From a virus: DNA of 64,000 bases. The first letter of the stretch is position 1, and each line of letters starts with the position of its first letter. The notes below the pieces were generated by a model that saw only the letters and a list, made by a program, of their open reading frames with translations, did not search any database and had not been told where the DNA came from. The position numbers and the translations under genes were made by a program. Positions 17,819 to 25,930 of the stretch are shown here, in pieces. The stretch is from IMG/VR virus record IMGVR_UViG_3300023296_001253; one strand, written 5' to 3'.

Positions 17819-18913
17819 TTGTCAGTATTTGAAGTTAATACACAGAACCATCTTGAAAAAAGAATGTTCTTTGATGAACCAGTTGATGTTGCAAGATACG
17901 ATCAGCAAAAATATCCTTTCATAGAAAAATTAATCGATAAACAGCTTGGTTTCTTTTGGAGACCAGAAGAAGTTGATGTTTATCGTGATGCAAAAGATTT
18001 TAAAGATTTGACTGATTGGGAACGTCATATTTTTACATCAAATCTAAAGAGACAAATTCTTCTTGATTCGGTTCAGGGAAGATCTCCTAATATTGCTTTT
18101 CTTCCAATTGTTTCTTTACCGGAACTTGAGACCTGGATTGAAACTTGGTCCTTTTCAGAAACAGTTCATTCAAGATCTTACACTCATATCATTAGAGCAG
18201 TATATTCAAATCCATCTAAAATTTTTGATGAGATGCTTGATATTCCTGAGATTATTGAATGCGCTACAGATATTTCTAAGCACTATGATGAATTAATTAA
18301 TTTAAATACTCTTTTATCATATGAGGGTTCTGATTTTGTAAATCAAATGGCTCATAAAAAAGCTGTATGGCGAGCTATGATGTCAGTTAATATTCTTGAA
18401 GGTGTTAGATTTTATGTTTCTTTCGCATGTTCGTGGGCTTTTGCTGAACAAAAGAAGAAAATGGAAGGAAATGCTAAGATTATTAAGTTGATTTGTAGAG
18501 ATGAAAATCTCCACCTTGCTGGGACTCAGTTCATTCTTAAAAATCTACCAAAAGACGATAAAGATTTTGTTAAAATTCAAGAAGAAACTCGTGAAGAATG
18601 TATTACAATGTTTTTAGATGCATATCAGCAAGAAAAAGACTGGGCTACATTTCTATTTAAAGATGGATCTATGGTTGGCTTGAATGAGCAGATGCTTCAT
18701 GACTATGTTGAATGGATTACTCATAAAAGAATGTTGGCTGTTGGTTTACCATCTCCATTTAAAGGCGGATCAAATCCACTTCCATGGACTGAAAAATGGA
18801 TTTCTGGAGCAGATGTGCAAGTTGCTCCACAACAAACGCAAATTAGTTCTTATGTAATTGGTGGCGTTAAAAACGATATAAGTGATGATACTTTCAAAGG
18901 ATTTAATTTATAG
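17819..18913 (+). CDS. nrdB: class Ia ribonucleotide reductase beta subunit (C-terminal tail carries E-to-Q changes)
   Basis: FWRPEEV, LLDSVQ, SETVHSRSY, LEGVRFY, RDENLH; TTG start. Confidence 0.97.
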   Translation: MSVFEVNTQNHLEKRMFFDEPVDVARYDQQKYPFIEKLIDKQLGFFWRPEEVDVYRDAKDFKDLTDWERHIFTSNLKRQILLDSVQGRSPNIAFLPIVSLPELETWIETWSFSETVHSRSYTHIIRAVYSNPSKIFDEMLDIPEIIECATDISKHYDELINLNTLLSYEGSDFVNQMAHKKAVWRAMMSVNILEGVRFYVSFACSWAFAEQKKKMEGNAKIIKLICRDENLHLAGTQFILKNLPKDDKDFVKIQEETREECITMFLDAYQQEKDWATFLFKDGSMVGLNEQMLHDYVEWITHKRMLAVGLPSPFKGGSNPLPWTEKWISGADVQVAPQQTQISSYVIGGVKNDISDDTFKGFNL

Positions 18914-20007
18914 TGCTTATAGTTCCAACTTTAGAAGAATGTAAAAAATTTGCATTAAAAATTGGAGCTATTAAAATATTTGAAATTAAAATATCTCCTA
19001 CAGATTGGGCATTGCCATTTGAATGTCATAATAATTGTGATTTAAATCCTGTTCTTGGATATTATTTTGTAAAAGATTCTCATGGAATACTTCACGCATA
19101 TAAGCATTCTATTTTAAATGATGGTGAATATATTGATATTACACCAACGTTAGATAATAGAAAATATAATATATTTGCTTTTCCAAGTCATTATAATGCT
19201 GAAATTTTAACATATATAGATGGTTCAGTTCTTATAAATACAAATAAAAAAGGAATTGAATTAATGTATTATATATATGCTTTAATAGATCCAAGGAATA
19301 ATAAGCCTTTTTATATAGGAAAAGGAAAAGATGATAGGTGTTTATCGCATTTTAAAGAAAATAATTTAAATAAAGAAAATAATTCTAAAAAAAGAGCAAA
19401 AATTAAAAAATTAAAAAAACTTGGTTTTGAACCAATGATAGAATTTTATGCTCAAAATATAAAAGATGAAGAATTAGCATATAATATTGAAACTTTTTTT
19501 ATCAAAAAATATGGAAGAATTGGTTATGAAGAAGATGGAATATTAACAAACATTTGTATAAATAATAATCCACCAAATCATAATGGAAAAACATATAATG
19601 AAATATATGGAAAAAAACAAGCACTATTAATTATAGAAAAAAAGAGAAATCTTCAATTAAAAGCAAGTGGTTATGGACCATTAAAACATACAGAAGAAAC
19701 AAAAAGAAAAATAAGTGAAAAAACAAAAGGCGAAAAAAATCCAAGATATGGTATTAAAATAAAAGGCACTGAAATTGCTAATAAAATTAGTTTAGCAAAC
19801 ACTGGAAAAAAACATTATTCTAGAGCTAAATTATTAGTAATAGAAAATATAAATAAAAAAATTAAAGATTTTGTTTTTTCAAATGATCTTAAAGAATATT
19901 GTATAAAAAATAATTTATCAAAAGGTACTTTTAATTCTCAACTTGGATATAATTGGCCAATATCTAAAAAAGGAAAAAACAAAGGGTATAAAATAAGATT
20001 GGCAATA
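18833..20007 (+). mobile_element. free-standing homing endonuclease insertion at the nrdB 3' end
   Basis: 1175 bp between the duplicated gene ends; very AT-rich; encodes GIY-YIG/NUMOD3. Confidence 0.75.
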
Positions 20008-20088
20008 GAAACAGAAATTAGTTCTTATGTAATTGGTGGTGTTAAAAATGATATAAGTGATGATACATTTAAAGGATTTAATTTATGA
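18913..20088 (+). CDS. fusion of a putative Cys-His-Asp domain, GIY-YIG homing endonuclease (NUMOD3) and NrdB C-terminal tail
   Basis: ECHNNC/HSI/DITP; YYIYAL...FYIGKG..R...H; HTEETKRKIS..GEKNPRYG; last 26 aa match the NrdB tail. Confidence 0.85.
   Translation: MLIVPTLEECKKFALKIGAIKIFEIKISPTDWALPFECHNNCDLNPVLGYYFVKDSHGILHAYKHSILNDGEYIDITPTLDNRKYNIFAFPSHYNAEILTYIDGSVLINTNKKGIELMYYIYALIDPRNNKPFYIGKGKDDRCLSHFKENNLNKENNSKKRAKIKKLKKLGFEPMIEFYAQNIKDEELAYNIETFFIKKYGRIGYEEDGILTNICINNNPPNHNGKTYNEIYGKKQALLIIEKKRNLQLKASGYGPLKHTEETKRKISEKTKGEKNPRYGIKIKGTEIANKISLANTGKKHYSRAKLLVIENINKKIKDFVFSNDLKEYCIKNNLSKGTFNSQLGYNWPISKKGKNKGYKIRLAIETEISSYVIGGVKNDISDDTFKGFNL
19233..19240 (+). promoter_or_regulatory. internal T4 late promoter for the GIY-YIG moiety
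   Basis: TATAAATA, AAGGA SD, in-frame ATG at 19264 exactly at the GIY-YIG start. Confidence 0.65.
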
Positions 20089-20267
20089 ATATAATTCAAG
20101 AGATTAATGATAAGATTTCAGAACTTGAAAGACAGAAAGAAGAAATACAAGAATTGTGTTCTCATCCAGTTAATGATAGTACATGGAATAAATCAGAAGA
20201 TGAATATGGTAGAGAAGATGGCCCTGGCTATTATTCTCATATTTGTAGATTGTGCACAGCCCGCTAG
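20085..20267 (+). CDS. small hypothetical protein (coiled coil, CxH...CxxC)
   Basis: ORF track; ATGA coupling. Confidence 0.55.
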   Translation: MNIIQEINDKISELERQKEEIQELCSHPVNDSTWNKSEDEYGREDGPGYYSHICRLCTAR

Positions 20268-20486
20268 ACATCGGAAAAGCCAGTCAGAACCTTAAAGAAA
20301 TAATATGAGTAGAATTTATGATTAAGAAAATATTTTCCAATAGAAAAAATGCAGTATTTGTATTATGTGCTATTTTATGCTTTATTTCGGCCCTACTTGC
20401 TTTTTTAGAATTTTTTGTAGCTGGAAGTATTATAATAGCTATAGCTGGTTTTGTTGGTATTATGAATGAATGTATAGATCAAAACA

Positions 20487-20750
20487 ATGAGTAGAATTAG
20501 TGCACAAATAACAAATCCATTTATTGAAGAACATAATTGTAGCAATTCATATTCTATAGATAGAAAAATATCTAAAAATAAATCTATAATGGCTCAAATT
20601 ATTTTGTTTGATTTTAAAACTTTATTTACATTTGAGATATGGCATAGAGATAGATTTATGGATCATAAGGGGTTGATGTTTGAAATAGGATTGGTTGGCT
20701 TTTCTATAATATTAGAATTTTATGATGCCAGACACATAGATCATTATTAA
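20487..20750 (+). CDS. hypothetical protein
   Basis: ORF track; DHxG...FYDxRH motif. Confidence 0.55.
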   Translation: MSRISAQITNPFIEEHNCSNSYSIDRKISKNKSIMAQIILFDFKTLFTFEIWHRDRFMDHKGLMFEIGLVGFSIILEFYDARHIDHY

Positions 20751-20784
20751 TGTTATATAAATATTCCTAACAAAGGAGTATTTT

Positions 20785-21189
20785 ATGACAACAGTGCCGT
20801 GGATCTATAAGAAAAAAGTTTTATCAGAAATTCCAGAAGGATACTATGGTTTTGTATACATTATTACTAATAACACTAATAATCGTTTGTATATTGGGCG
20901 TAAGTTTTTTTATAGTTCTAAAACAAGGCAAATAAAAGGCAAGAAAAAAAGATATAAAGTAGAATCAGACTGGAAAGATTATTATGGATCAAATAAATCT
21001 TTACAAGAAGATGTTCAAAAATTAGGTTATGGAGCATTCCACAGAGAGATTTTACACTTATGTAAAACAAAAGGAACTTGCAATTATTATGAAGCCCATG
21101 AAATATTTAATCGCCACGCTATAATAAAAGAAAATTTCTATAATGAATGGATACATGTTAAGGTGAGTAAGAATCATGTCAAAGAATGA
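20785..21189 (+). CDS. GIY-YIG endonuclease (DenA/Seg-like, conserved in large T4-like phages)
   Basis: GFVYIIT...YIGRK, ESDWKDYYGS, E...FYN; TATAAATA at 20756-20763. Confidence 0.8.
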   Translation: MTTVPWIYKKKVLSEIPEGYYGFVYIITNNTNNRLYIGRKFFYSSKTRQIKGKKKRYKVESDWKDYYGSNKSLQEDVQKLGYGAFHREILHLCKTKGTCNYYEAHEIFNRHAIIKENFYNEWIHVKVSKNHVKE

Positions 21190-21418
21190 ACAAGTTTGGC
21201 TGATCGAATGTTGTATAACTACAAAGTTGGGTGTGTGGGAATGCACTGCTGATGGTCGTAGCTGGATTTGTCATGTATGTTCTTCACAAAAAGCCGCTGA
21301 GCAATATGTTGAAGAACATAAAAATGATCAATGTTTTGCTGATGATCCGGAACCAACCGGGTTGAAATGGAATAAAAATCACTATAATATTACAGGACCA
21401 TATAATGTTAAAGAATGA
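21176..21418 (+). CDS. hypothetical protein
   Basis: ORF track. Confidence 0.5.
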   Translation: MSKNEQVWLIECCITTKLGVWECTADGRSWICHVCSSQKAAEQYVEEHKNDQCFADDPEPTGLKWNKNHYNITGPYNVKE

Positions 21419-21689
21419 ACAAAAATATTATTATATTAGAATTGATGATATATTAGATCAAATTGATATTATTAATAGAGACGATTCTGGTTATTGGGGT
21501 TCACTTAATAAACAGGGAGCCAAAGATTATTTTGATACTTCAGGATTGATAGAAATTGAATACAATCAGTTTGTTACAGAAACACATAATTTTTATTCTT
21601 ATAAAATGAGTTCGATATCTGATAAAGGATGGATTCGTTTACAAAATTGGTGTAGAGAGAATAAATATCTATTAAATAACTTTTTATAA
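21405..21689 (+). CDS. hypothetical protein
   Basis: ORF track. Confidence 0.5.
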   Translation: MLKNEQKYYYIRIDDILDQIDIINRDDSGYWGSLNKQGAKDYFDTSGLIEIEYNQFVTETHNFYSYKMSSISDKGWIRLQNWCRENKYLLNNFL

Positions 21690-21699
21690 AGAAACAATT

Positions 21700-21939
21700 T
21701 TGGATAATAATAAAAAGAAGTCTAATAAAATTGTAATACATGAGGATAATAATATTCCAGTGCTTCGTGGTGAATGCCCAAAGTGCCATTGTGGAGATAA
21801 ATCATTAATCATAATAAATTTTGTTAAAAATCCAACAAATGAAAGACTTAATATGATTAAAATGAAATGCGTATGTTGTTTGAAAGAATATTATAAGTAT
21901 GCTACAGAAATATCAAAAAACGAAATTAAAAAACCTTAA
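21700..21939 (+). CDS. Zn-finger-like hypothetical protein
   Basis: CPKC...CVCC. Confidence 0.5.
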   Translation: MDNNKKKSNKIVIHEDNNIPVLRGECPKCHCGDKSLIIINFVKNPTNERLNMIKMKCVCCLKEYYKYATEISKNEIKKP

Positions 21940-22046
21940 AGAAAAAGCATATCAAGAAATTAACTCCTGTTGTGCTACATTTTGTTATAAAAAAGATATA
22001 ATTTCATACATTAAAGCTTTAGAAAATGAAGTAGAAAGATTACATT

Positions 22047-22310
22047 ATGAACAAGAACGTTAGATATAGCTTTTCAATATTAGTAGATGCTCTTAATCTC
22101 AAAGGTGAGTATGAAGCAATATTAGAAGATAGTAAAATTTCAGTCCCAAAAAACAAAAAACACTTAAATACAACTACTGCAGAGTGGTGTGTGAACAATA
22201 TACATGTTCTTAATAGAAAAACAAAAGCTTTAAATAAAATAGTTGATATATGCAACAAGTATTTAGTTTTAGCAGAAAACAATAATAATATAGTTTTTGT
22301 CGTAGAGTAA
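22047..22310 (+). CDS. hypothetical protein
   Basis: ORF track. Confidence 0.5.
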   Translation: MNKNVRYSFSILVDALNLKGEYEAILEDSKISVPKNKKHLNTTTAEWCVNNIHVLNRKTKALNKIVDICNKYLVLAENNNNIVFVVE

Positions 22311-22318
22311 TATTTGTA

Positions 22319-22347
22319 TTGACATTTAGATTATAATTATATATAAT
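22319..22347 (+). promoter_or_regulatory. sigma70-type promoter
   Basis: TTGACA, 17 bp, TATAAT upstream of glutaredoxin. Confidence 0.75.
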
Positions 22348-22358
22348 AGAAAATAATA

Positions 22359-22613
22359 ATGGCGTTTGGACTGATGAAAATTGTAGTTTTTACTAAACCT
22401 GGTTGTTCATTTTGTGTAAAAGCAAAAGATCTTCTTGATAGTGAGGGACTTATATACTCTGAGATTGTGGTAGGAGAAGATGGAAATATAAGTAAAGATA
22501 GTTTTCTTTCTTTGTTTCCAGAAACAAAAACTCTTCCACTTATTAAAATTAATGATGATGTAGTTGGCGGATATAAAAATTTAGTCGATTGGATTAATAA
22601 ATTTACTAAATGA
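22359..22613 (+). CDS. glutaredoxin (NrdC-like)
   Basis: CSFC active site, TLP, VGGY. Confidence 0.9.
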   Translation: MAFGLMKIVVFTKPGCSFCVKAKDLLDSEGLIYSEIVVGEDGNISKDSFLSLFPETKTLPLIKINDDVVGGYKNLVDWINKFTK

Positions 22614-22624
22614 TGGAATGAATT

Positions 22625-22852
22625 ATGAAGTACATAAGCAGAATTATAGAAAATATTCAAGCCTTAGAATTAAGATTACAGATATCAGAATCTGATTTAT
22701 ATATGGCACATTCAAATAATATAGATGTGATTGATGAAATGTTTAATGGTCCAGAAAATTGTAATTTAATTTGTAATGAACTGGAAAATATATCAAAATC
22801 ACAATCAGGAGATTTTTTCCTGGCATTAAATAAAAATAGAACATATATTTAA
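22625..22852 (+). CDS. hypothetical protein
   Basis: ORF track. Confidence 0.45.
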   Translation: MKYISRIIENIQALELRLQISESDLYMAHSNNIDVIDEMFNGPENCNLICNELENISKSQSGDFFLALNKNRTYI

Positions 22853-23022
22853 TAACATGAAAATAAGTATAGATATTCATAATTATAGTACACGCAAATA
22901 TTCTGATCTGTTAAGATTAATTGAAGAAAAAGAAATACCTTATTTAGATTTTGATGATGCTGTTTTTGGAGAAGTTGGATTTATGATGCTTAGTTAGATT
23001 TATAATATAAAAAACAAATATA

Positions 23023-23229
23023 ATGATTAGACACAATAAAATTGTTTCAAGTTCTATTGAGTTAGAACTTAATATGTATATTAGAATATGTAATTATAGA
23101 ATAGATAATAATAGAGATGATTTAATGGGTGATGTGTTTGGTATAGCTGGCGCAGAATCATTGTATAGTTTATCACTATTAAATCAAGATAAAACAAGAA
23201 TAATATATGAGTATATAAAAGGATTGTGA
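23023..23229 (+). CDS. hypothetical protein
   Basis: ORF track. Confidence 0.4.
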   Translation: MIRHNKIVSSSIELELNMYIRICNYRIDNNRDDLMGDVFGIAGAESLYSLSLLNQDKTRIIYEYIKGL

Positions 23230-24170
23230 TGCATATTATAGATGGAAAAATTATCAGTTCAGATATGACTAAAACTGCTATGGGCGGAACTGAATTGATG
23301 GTTAATGAATTAATAAAAAGAATTGAACCAGAGTTATTAAATAAGTTTGAAATAGTTGCTTCAAGAATTACACAGCCGCTGGATCAAAGTAAAAAAAGAA
23401 TTTATTATGTTCATGATTTGCCAGATGATCCTGCTTCAGAACATTTAAATAATGGTGGATATAATCAATTTGAAAAAATTGTATTTGTTAGCAATTGGCA
23501 AATGCAAGGGTATATTACAAAATATTCTATTCCCTGGTATAAATGTGCTGTTATTCAAAATGCTATTGTACCAATTGAAGTTCATGAAAAACCGACAGAT
23601 AAAATTAGATTGATTTATCATACAACTCCGCATAGAGGGCTTGATCTTTTGTATAATGCTTTTGATGCATTAACAAAAGATTATGATAATTTAGAGCTTG
23701 ATGTTTTTTCTAGCTTTGAAATATATGGTTGGAAAGAAAGAGATGAGCCATATAAAGAGTTGTTTGATGCTTGCAATAATCATCCATTTATTAATTATCA
23801 TGGTTCTGTAAGTAATTCTGAGATTCGTGACGCCCTTAAACAAGCTAACATATATGGTTATCCCTGTGTGTGGCCAGAGACATCTTGCTTGTCACTTATA
23901 GAAGCAATGAGCGCAGAACTTATATGCGTTCATCCAAATTATGCTGCTCTTTCAGAAACAGCAGCAAATTGGACTTTTATGTATCAGTGGCAGCAGAATA
24001 AGAGAGATCATTTACAAGTTTTTTATGGTATGCTTAGATCTGCCGTAGAATCATCTATAAATGGTAGTTCTAAAAATAGAGTTTATAACCAAAAACAATA
24101 TATTGATATGTTTTATAATTGGGATTTGAGAGCGACACAATGGAAGATGCTTTTGAGTTCCCTAGCATAA
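23226..24170 (+). CDS. GT4-like glycosyltransferase
   Basis: GGTE, HD, PHRGL, ETSCLSLIE (EX7E). Confidence 0.85.
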   Translation: MMHIIDGKIISSDMTKTAMGGTELMVNELIKRIEPELLNKFEIVASRITQPLDQSKKRIYYVHDLPDDPASEHLNNGGYNQFEKIVFVSNWQMQGYITKYSIPWYKCAVIQNAIVPIEVHEKPTDKIRLIYHTTPHRGLDLLYNAFDALTKDYDNLELDVFSSFEIYGWKERDEPYKELFDACNNHPFINYHGSVSNSEIRDALKQANIYGYPCVWPETSCLSLIEAMSAELICVHPNYAALSETAANWTFMYQWQQNKRDHLQVFYGMLRSAVESSINGSSKNRVYNQKQYIDMFYNWDLRATQWKMLLSSLA

Positions 24171-24177
24171 AGGCTAA

Positions 24178-25035
24178 GTGATGATACTATTAGATCTAAA
24201 TCAGGTAATGATTTCTAATTTGATGATGTCGGTAAAAAATAATAGTGAAATTGAAGAAGATTTAGTCCGTCATATGATTTTAAATACTATAAGATCTCTT
24301 AGAAAGAAATTCTTTCAAGAATATGGTGAATTGGTTATTGCATGTGATGATACTAATTATTGGCGTAAGCAAATTTTTCCATATTATAAAGCCAGCAGAA
24401 AAAAAGATAGAGGCGAATCTCCTATGGATTGGAATAATATATTCCAGATATTAAATAAAATTAGAGACGAATTAAAAGAATATTTTCCATATAGAGTAAT
24501 TCAAATTGAAACTGCTGAAGCAGATGATGTTATTGGAACTTTAGTTCAAGATGAAAATGATAAAGTTATAAATAACAGTAAGATACTTATCTTATCAGGA
24601 GACAAAGATTTTATTCAATTGCAACAATATGATAATATCAAACAGTATGATCCAGTTAGAAAGAAATTTATTTCTCATAAAAATCCATCACTCTATATTA
24701 AAGAGCATATTCTTCGTGGAGATGTTGGCGATGGAGTTCCAAATTTTTTATCTCATGACTCTACCTTTGTTGATGGGTCAAGACAAAAATCTATTTATGC
24801 GACTAAAATGGATGTTTGGCTTAAACAAGAGCCAGCTGAGTTTTGCGACAGCGAAACATTGAGAAATTATAATAGAAATAAAATGTTAATCGATTTGAAT
24901 AATATTCCAGAAGATATAAAAAATAAAGTAAGAGAATCTTATAATAGTCAAGATAACAAAAAGAGAAATAAACTTTTCAATTATTTTGTTGAAAAAAAGT
25001 TAAAACATTTGATGGCAAACATAAACGAATTTTAA
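24178..25035 (+). CDS. rnh: RNase H / 5'-3' exonuclease
   Basis: YWRK..FPYYKASR, EADDVIG, SGDKDFIQL, GDVGDGVPN. Confidence 0.95.
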   Translation: MMILLDLNQVMISNLMMSVKNNSEIEEDLVRHMILNTIRSLRKKFFQEYGELVIACDDTNYWRKQIFPYYKASRKKDRGESPMDWNNIFQILNKIRDELKEYFPYRVIQIETAEADDVIGTLVQDENDKVINNSKILILSGDKDFIQLQQYDNIKQYDPVRKKFISHKNPSLYIKEHILRGDVGDGVPNFLSHDSTFVDGSRQKSIYATKMDVWLKQEPAEFCDSETLRNYNRNKMLIDLNNIPEDIKNKVRESYNSQDNKKRNKLFNYFVEKKLKHLMANINEF

Positions 25036-25046
25036 GGTGATTATAT

Positions 25047-25466
25047 ATGAATAAAGGTATTTCTGAAATTTTAGAAGAAGCATCTAAACAAAGTAAAGTT
25101 AATGATAAAGTTGCAGTGTTACAAAAGAATGCTACACCAACTTTGAAAATGTTATTAAAAATGGCATTTGATAAAAATCTTAAATGGTTAATTCCACCAG
25201 GAGAGCCACCATTTAATAAAAATGATGCTCCAGGAGCTCAAGGAGCTTTATATGGAGCTACAAAAAAGTTTTATTTATTTGTAGAGCATAATGGAAAGAA
25301 AGCAGAAGTTAATCAAATTAAAAGAGAAGCTATTTTTATTCAAATTTTAGAAACTCTTGATCCAAGAGATGCTGTTCTTTTATGTTCTATAAAAGATAAA
25401 AAAATACCATATAATGGAATTACTAAGAACTTAGTTCTTAAAGCTTTTCCAGATATTTCACTATAA
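25047..25466 (+). CDS. conserved T4-like hypothetical protein
   Basis: PxGxPPF, KRE..FIQ.LE.L.P, V.KAFP; conserved after rnh. Confidence 0.75.
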   Translation: MNKGISEILEEASKQSKVNDKVAVLQKNATPTLKMLLKMAFDKNLKWLIPPGEPPFNKNDAPGAQGALYGATKKFYLFVEHNGKKAEVNQIKREAIFIQILETLDPRDAVLLCSIKDKKIPYNGITKNLVLKAFPDISL

Positions 25467-25480
25467 TAGGAGACGAGACT

Positions 25481-25657
25481 GTGGGTAAAACATTTCATCA
25501 CAAAAAAGGTTGGGATGACTATGATTATGATGATAAAAGTATAAAAAGAAAAAAGAAAAAGGCTTATTCTAAAAGACAGAATAATCTTAAAACACAAACT
25601 CTTGATGACTTAGCAGATAAGCTAACTTACTGGGATATTATTCAAGACTCTGACTAG
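25481..25657 (+). CDS. small charged protein (58 aa, MGKTFHHKK...), not in the ORF track
   Basis: Manual translation; GTG start with AGGAG SD. Confidence 0.6.
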   Translation: MGKTFHHKKGWDDYDYDDKSIKRKKKKAYSKRQNNLKTQTLDDLADKLTYWDIIQDSD

Positions 25658-25670
25658 GATATTAAATTGA

Positions 25671-25910
25671 ATGCCGACATATACGTTTCTTAATAAGAAA
25701 ACAAAAAAAGAGTTTAGTTTGTTTATGTCAATGTCTGAAAAAGATGTTTATCTAAATGATAATCCTGATACTATACAAACTTTACTTGCTGCAACTCCAG
25801 TGTGTGATCCAACTAATGTGGGAGTTAGAAGCAAGCCAGATGATGGTTTTCGTGATGTATTGAAAAAAATTAAAGGAAGTCACTACAAGTCCAATATCAA
25901 TACTTTTTAA
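25671..25910 (+). CDS. FmdB-like small protein
   Basis: MPTYTF...KPDDGFRDVL, conserved before phoH in T4-like phages. Confidence 0.7.
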   Translation: MPTYTFLNKKTKKEFSLFMSMSEKDVYLNDNPDTIQTLLAATPVCDPTNVGVRSKPDDGFRDVLKKIKGSHYKSNINTF

Positions 25911-25930
25911 CTTAACCACGGAGTACGAGA

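Larger units (their letters stand above)
18833..20088 (+). repeat. 81-nt direct repeat of the nrdB 3' end (18833-18913 and 20008-20088)
   Basis: QTQISSYVIGGVKNDISDDTFKGFNL* versus ETEISSYVIGGVKNDISDDTFKGFNL*; offset 1175 bp. Confidence 0.95.

Noticed and set aside
18833-20007. Group I intron or intein in nrdB
   Set aside because: The insert is almost entirely coding with no recognisable P/Q/R/S core, nrdB has its own complete end and stop, the insert is 1175 nt (out of frame) and there are no intein motifs.
17816-20267. TAG reassignment (alternative genetic code)
   Set aside because: Long conserved genes are uninterrupted in code 11, and TAG ends nrdB and gp8 at their expected C-termini.
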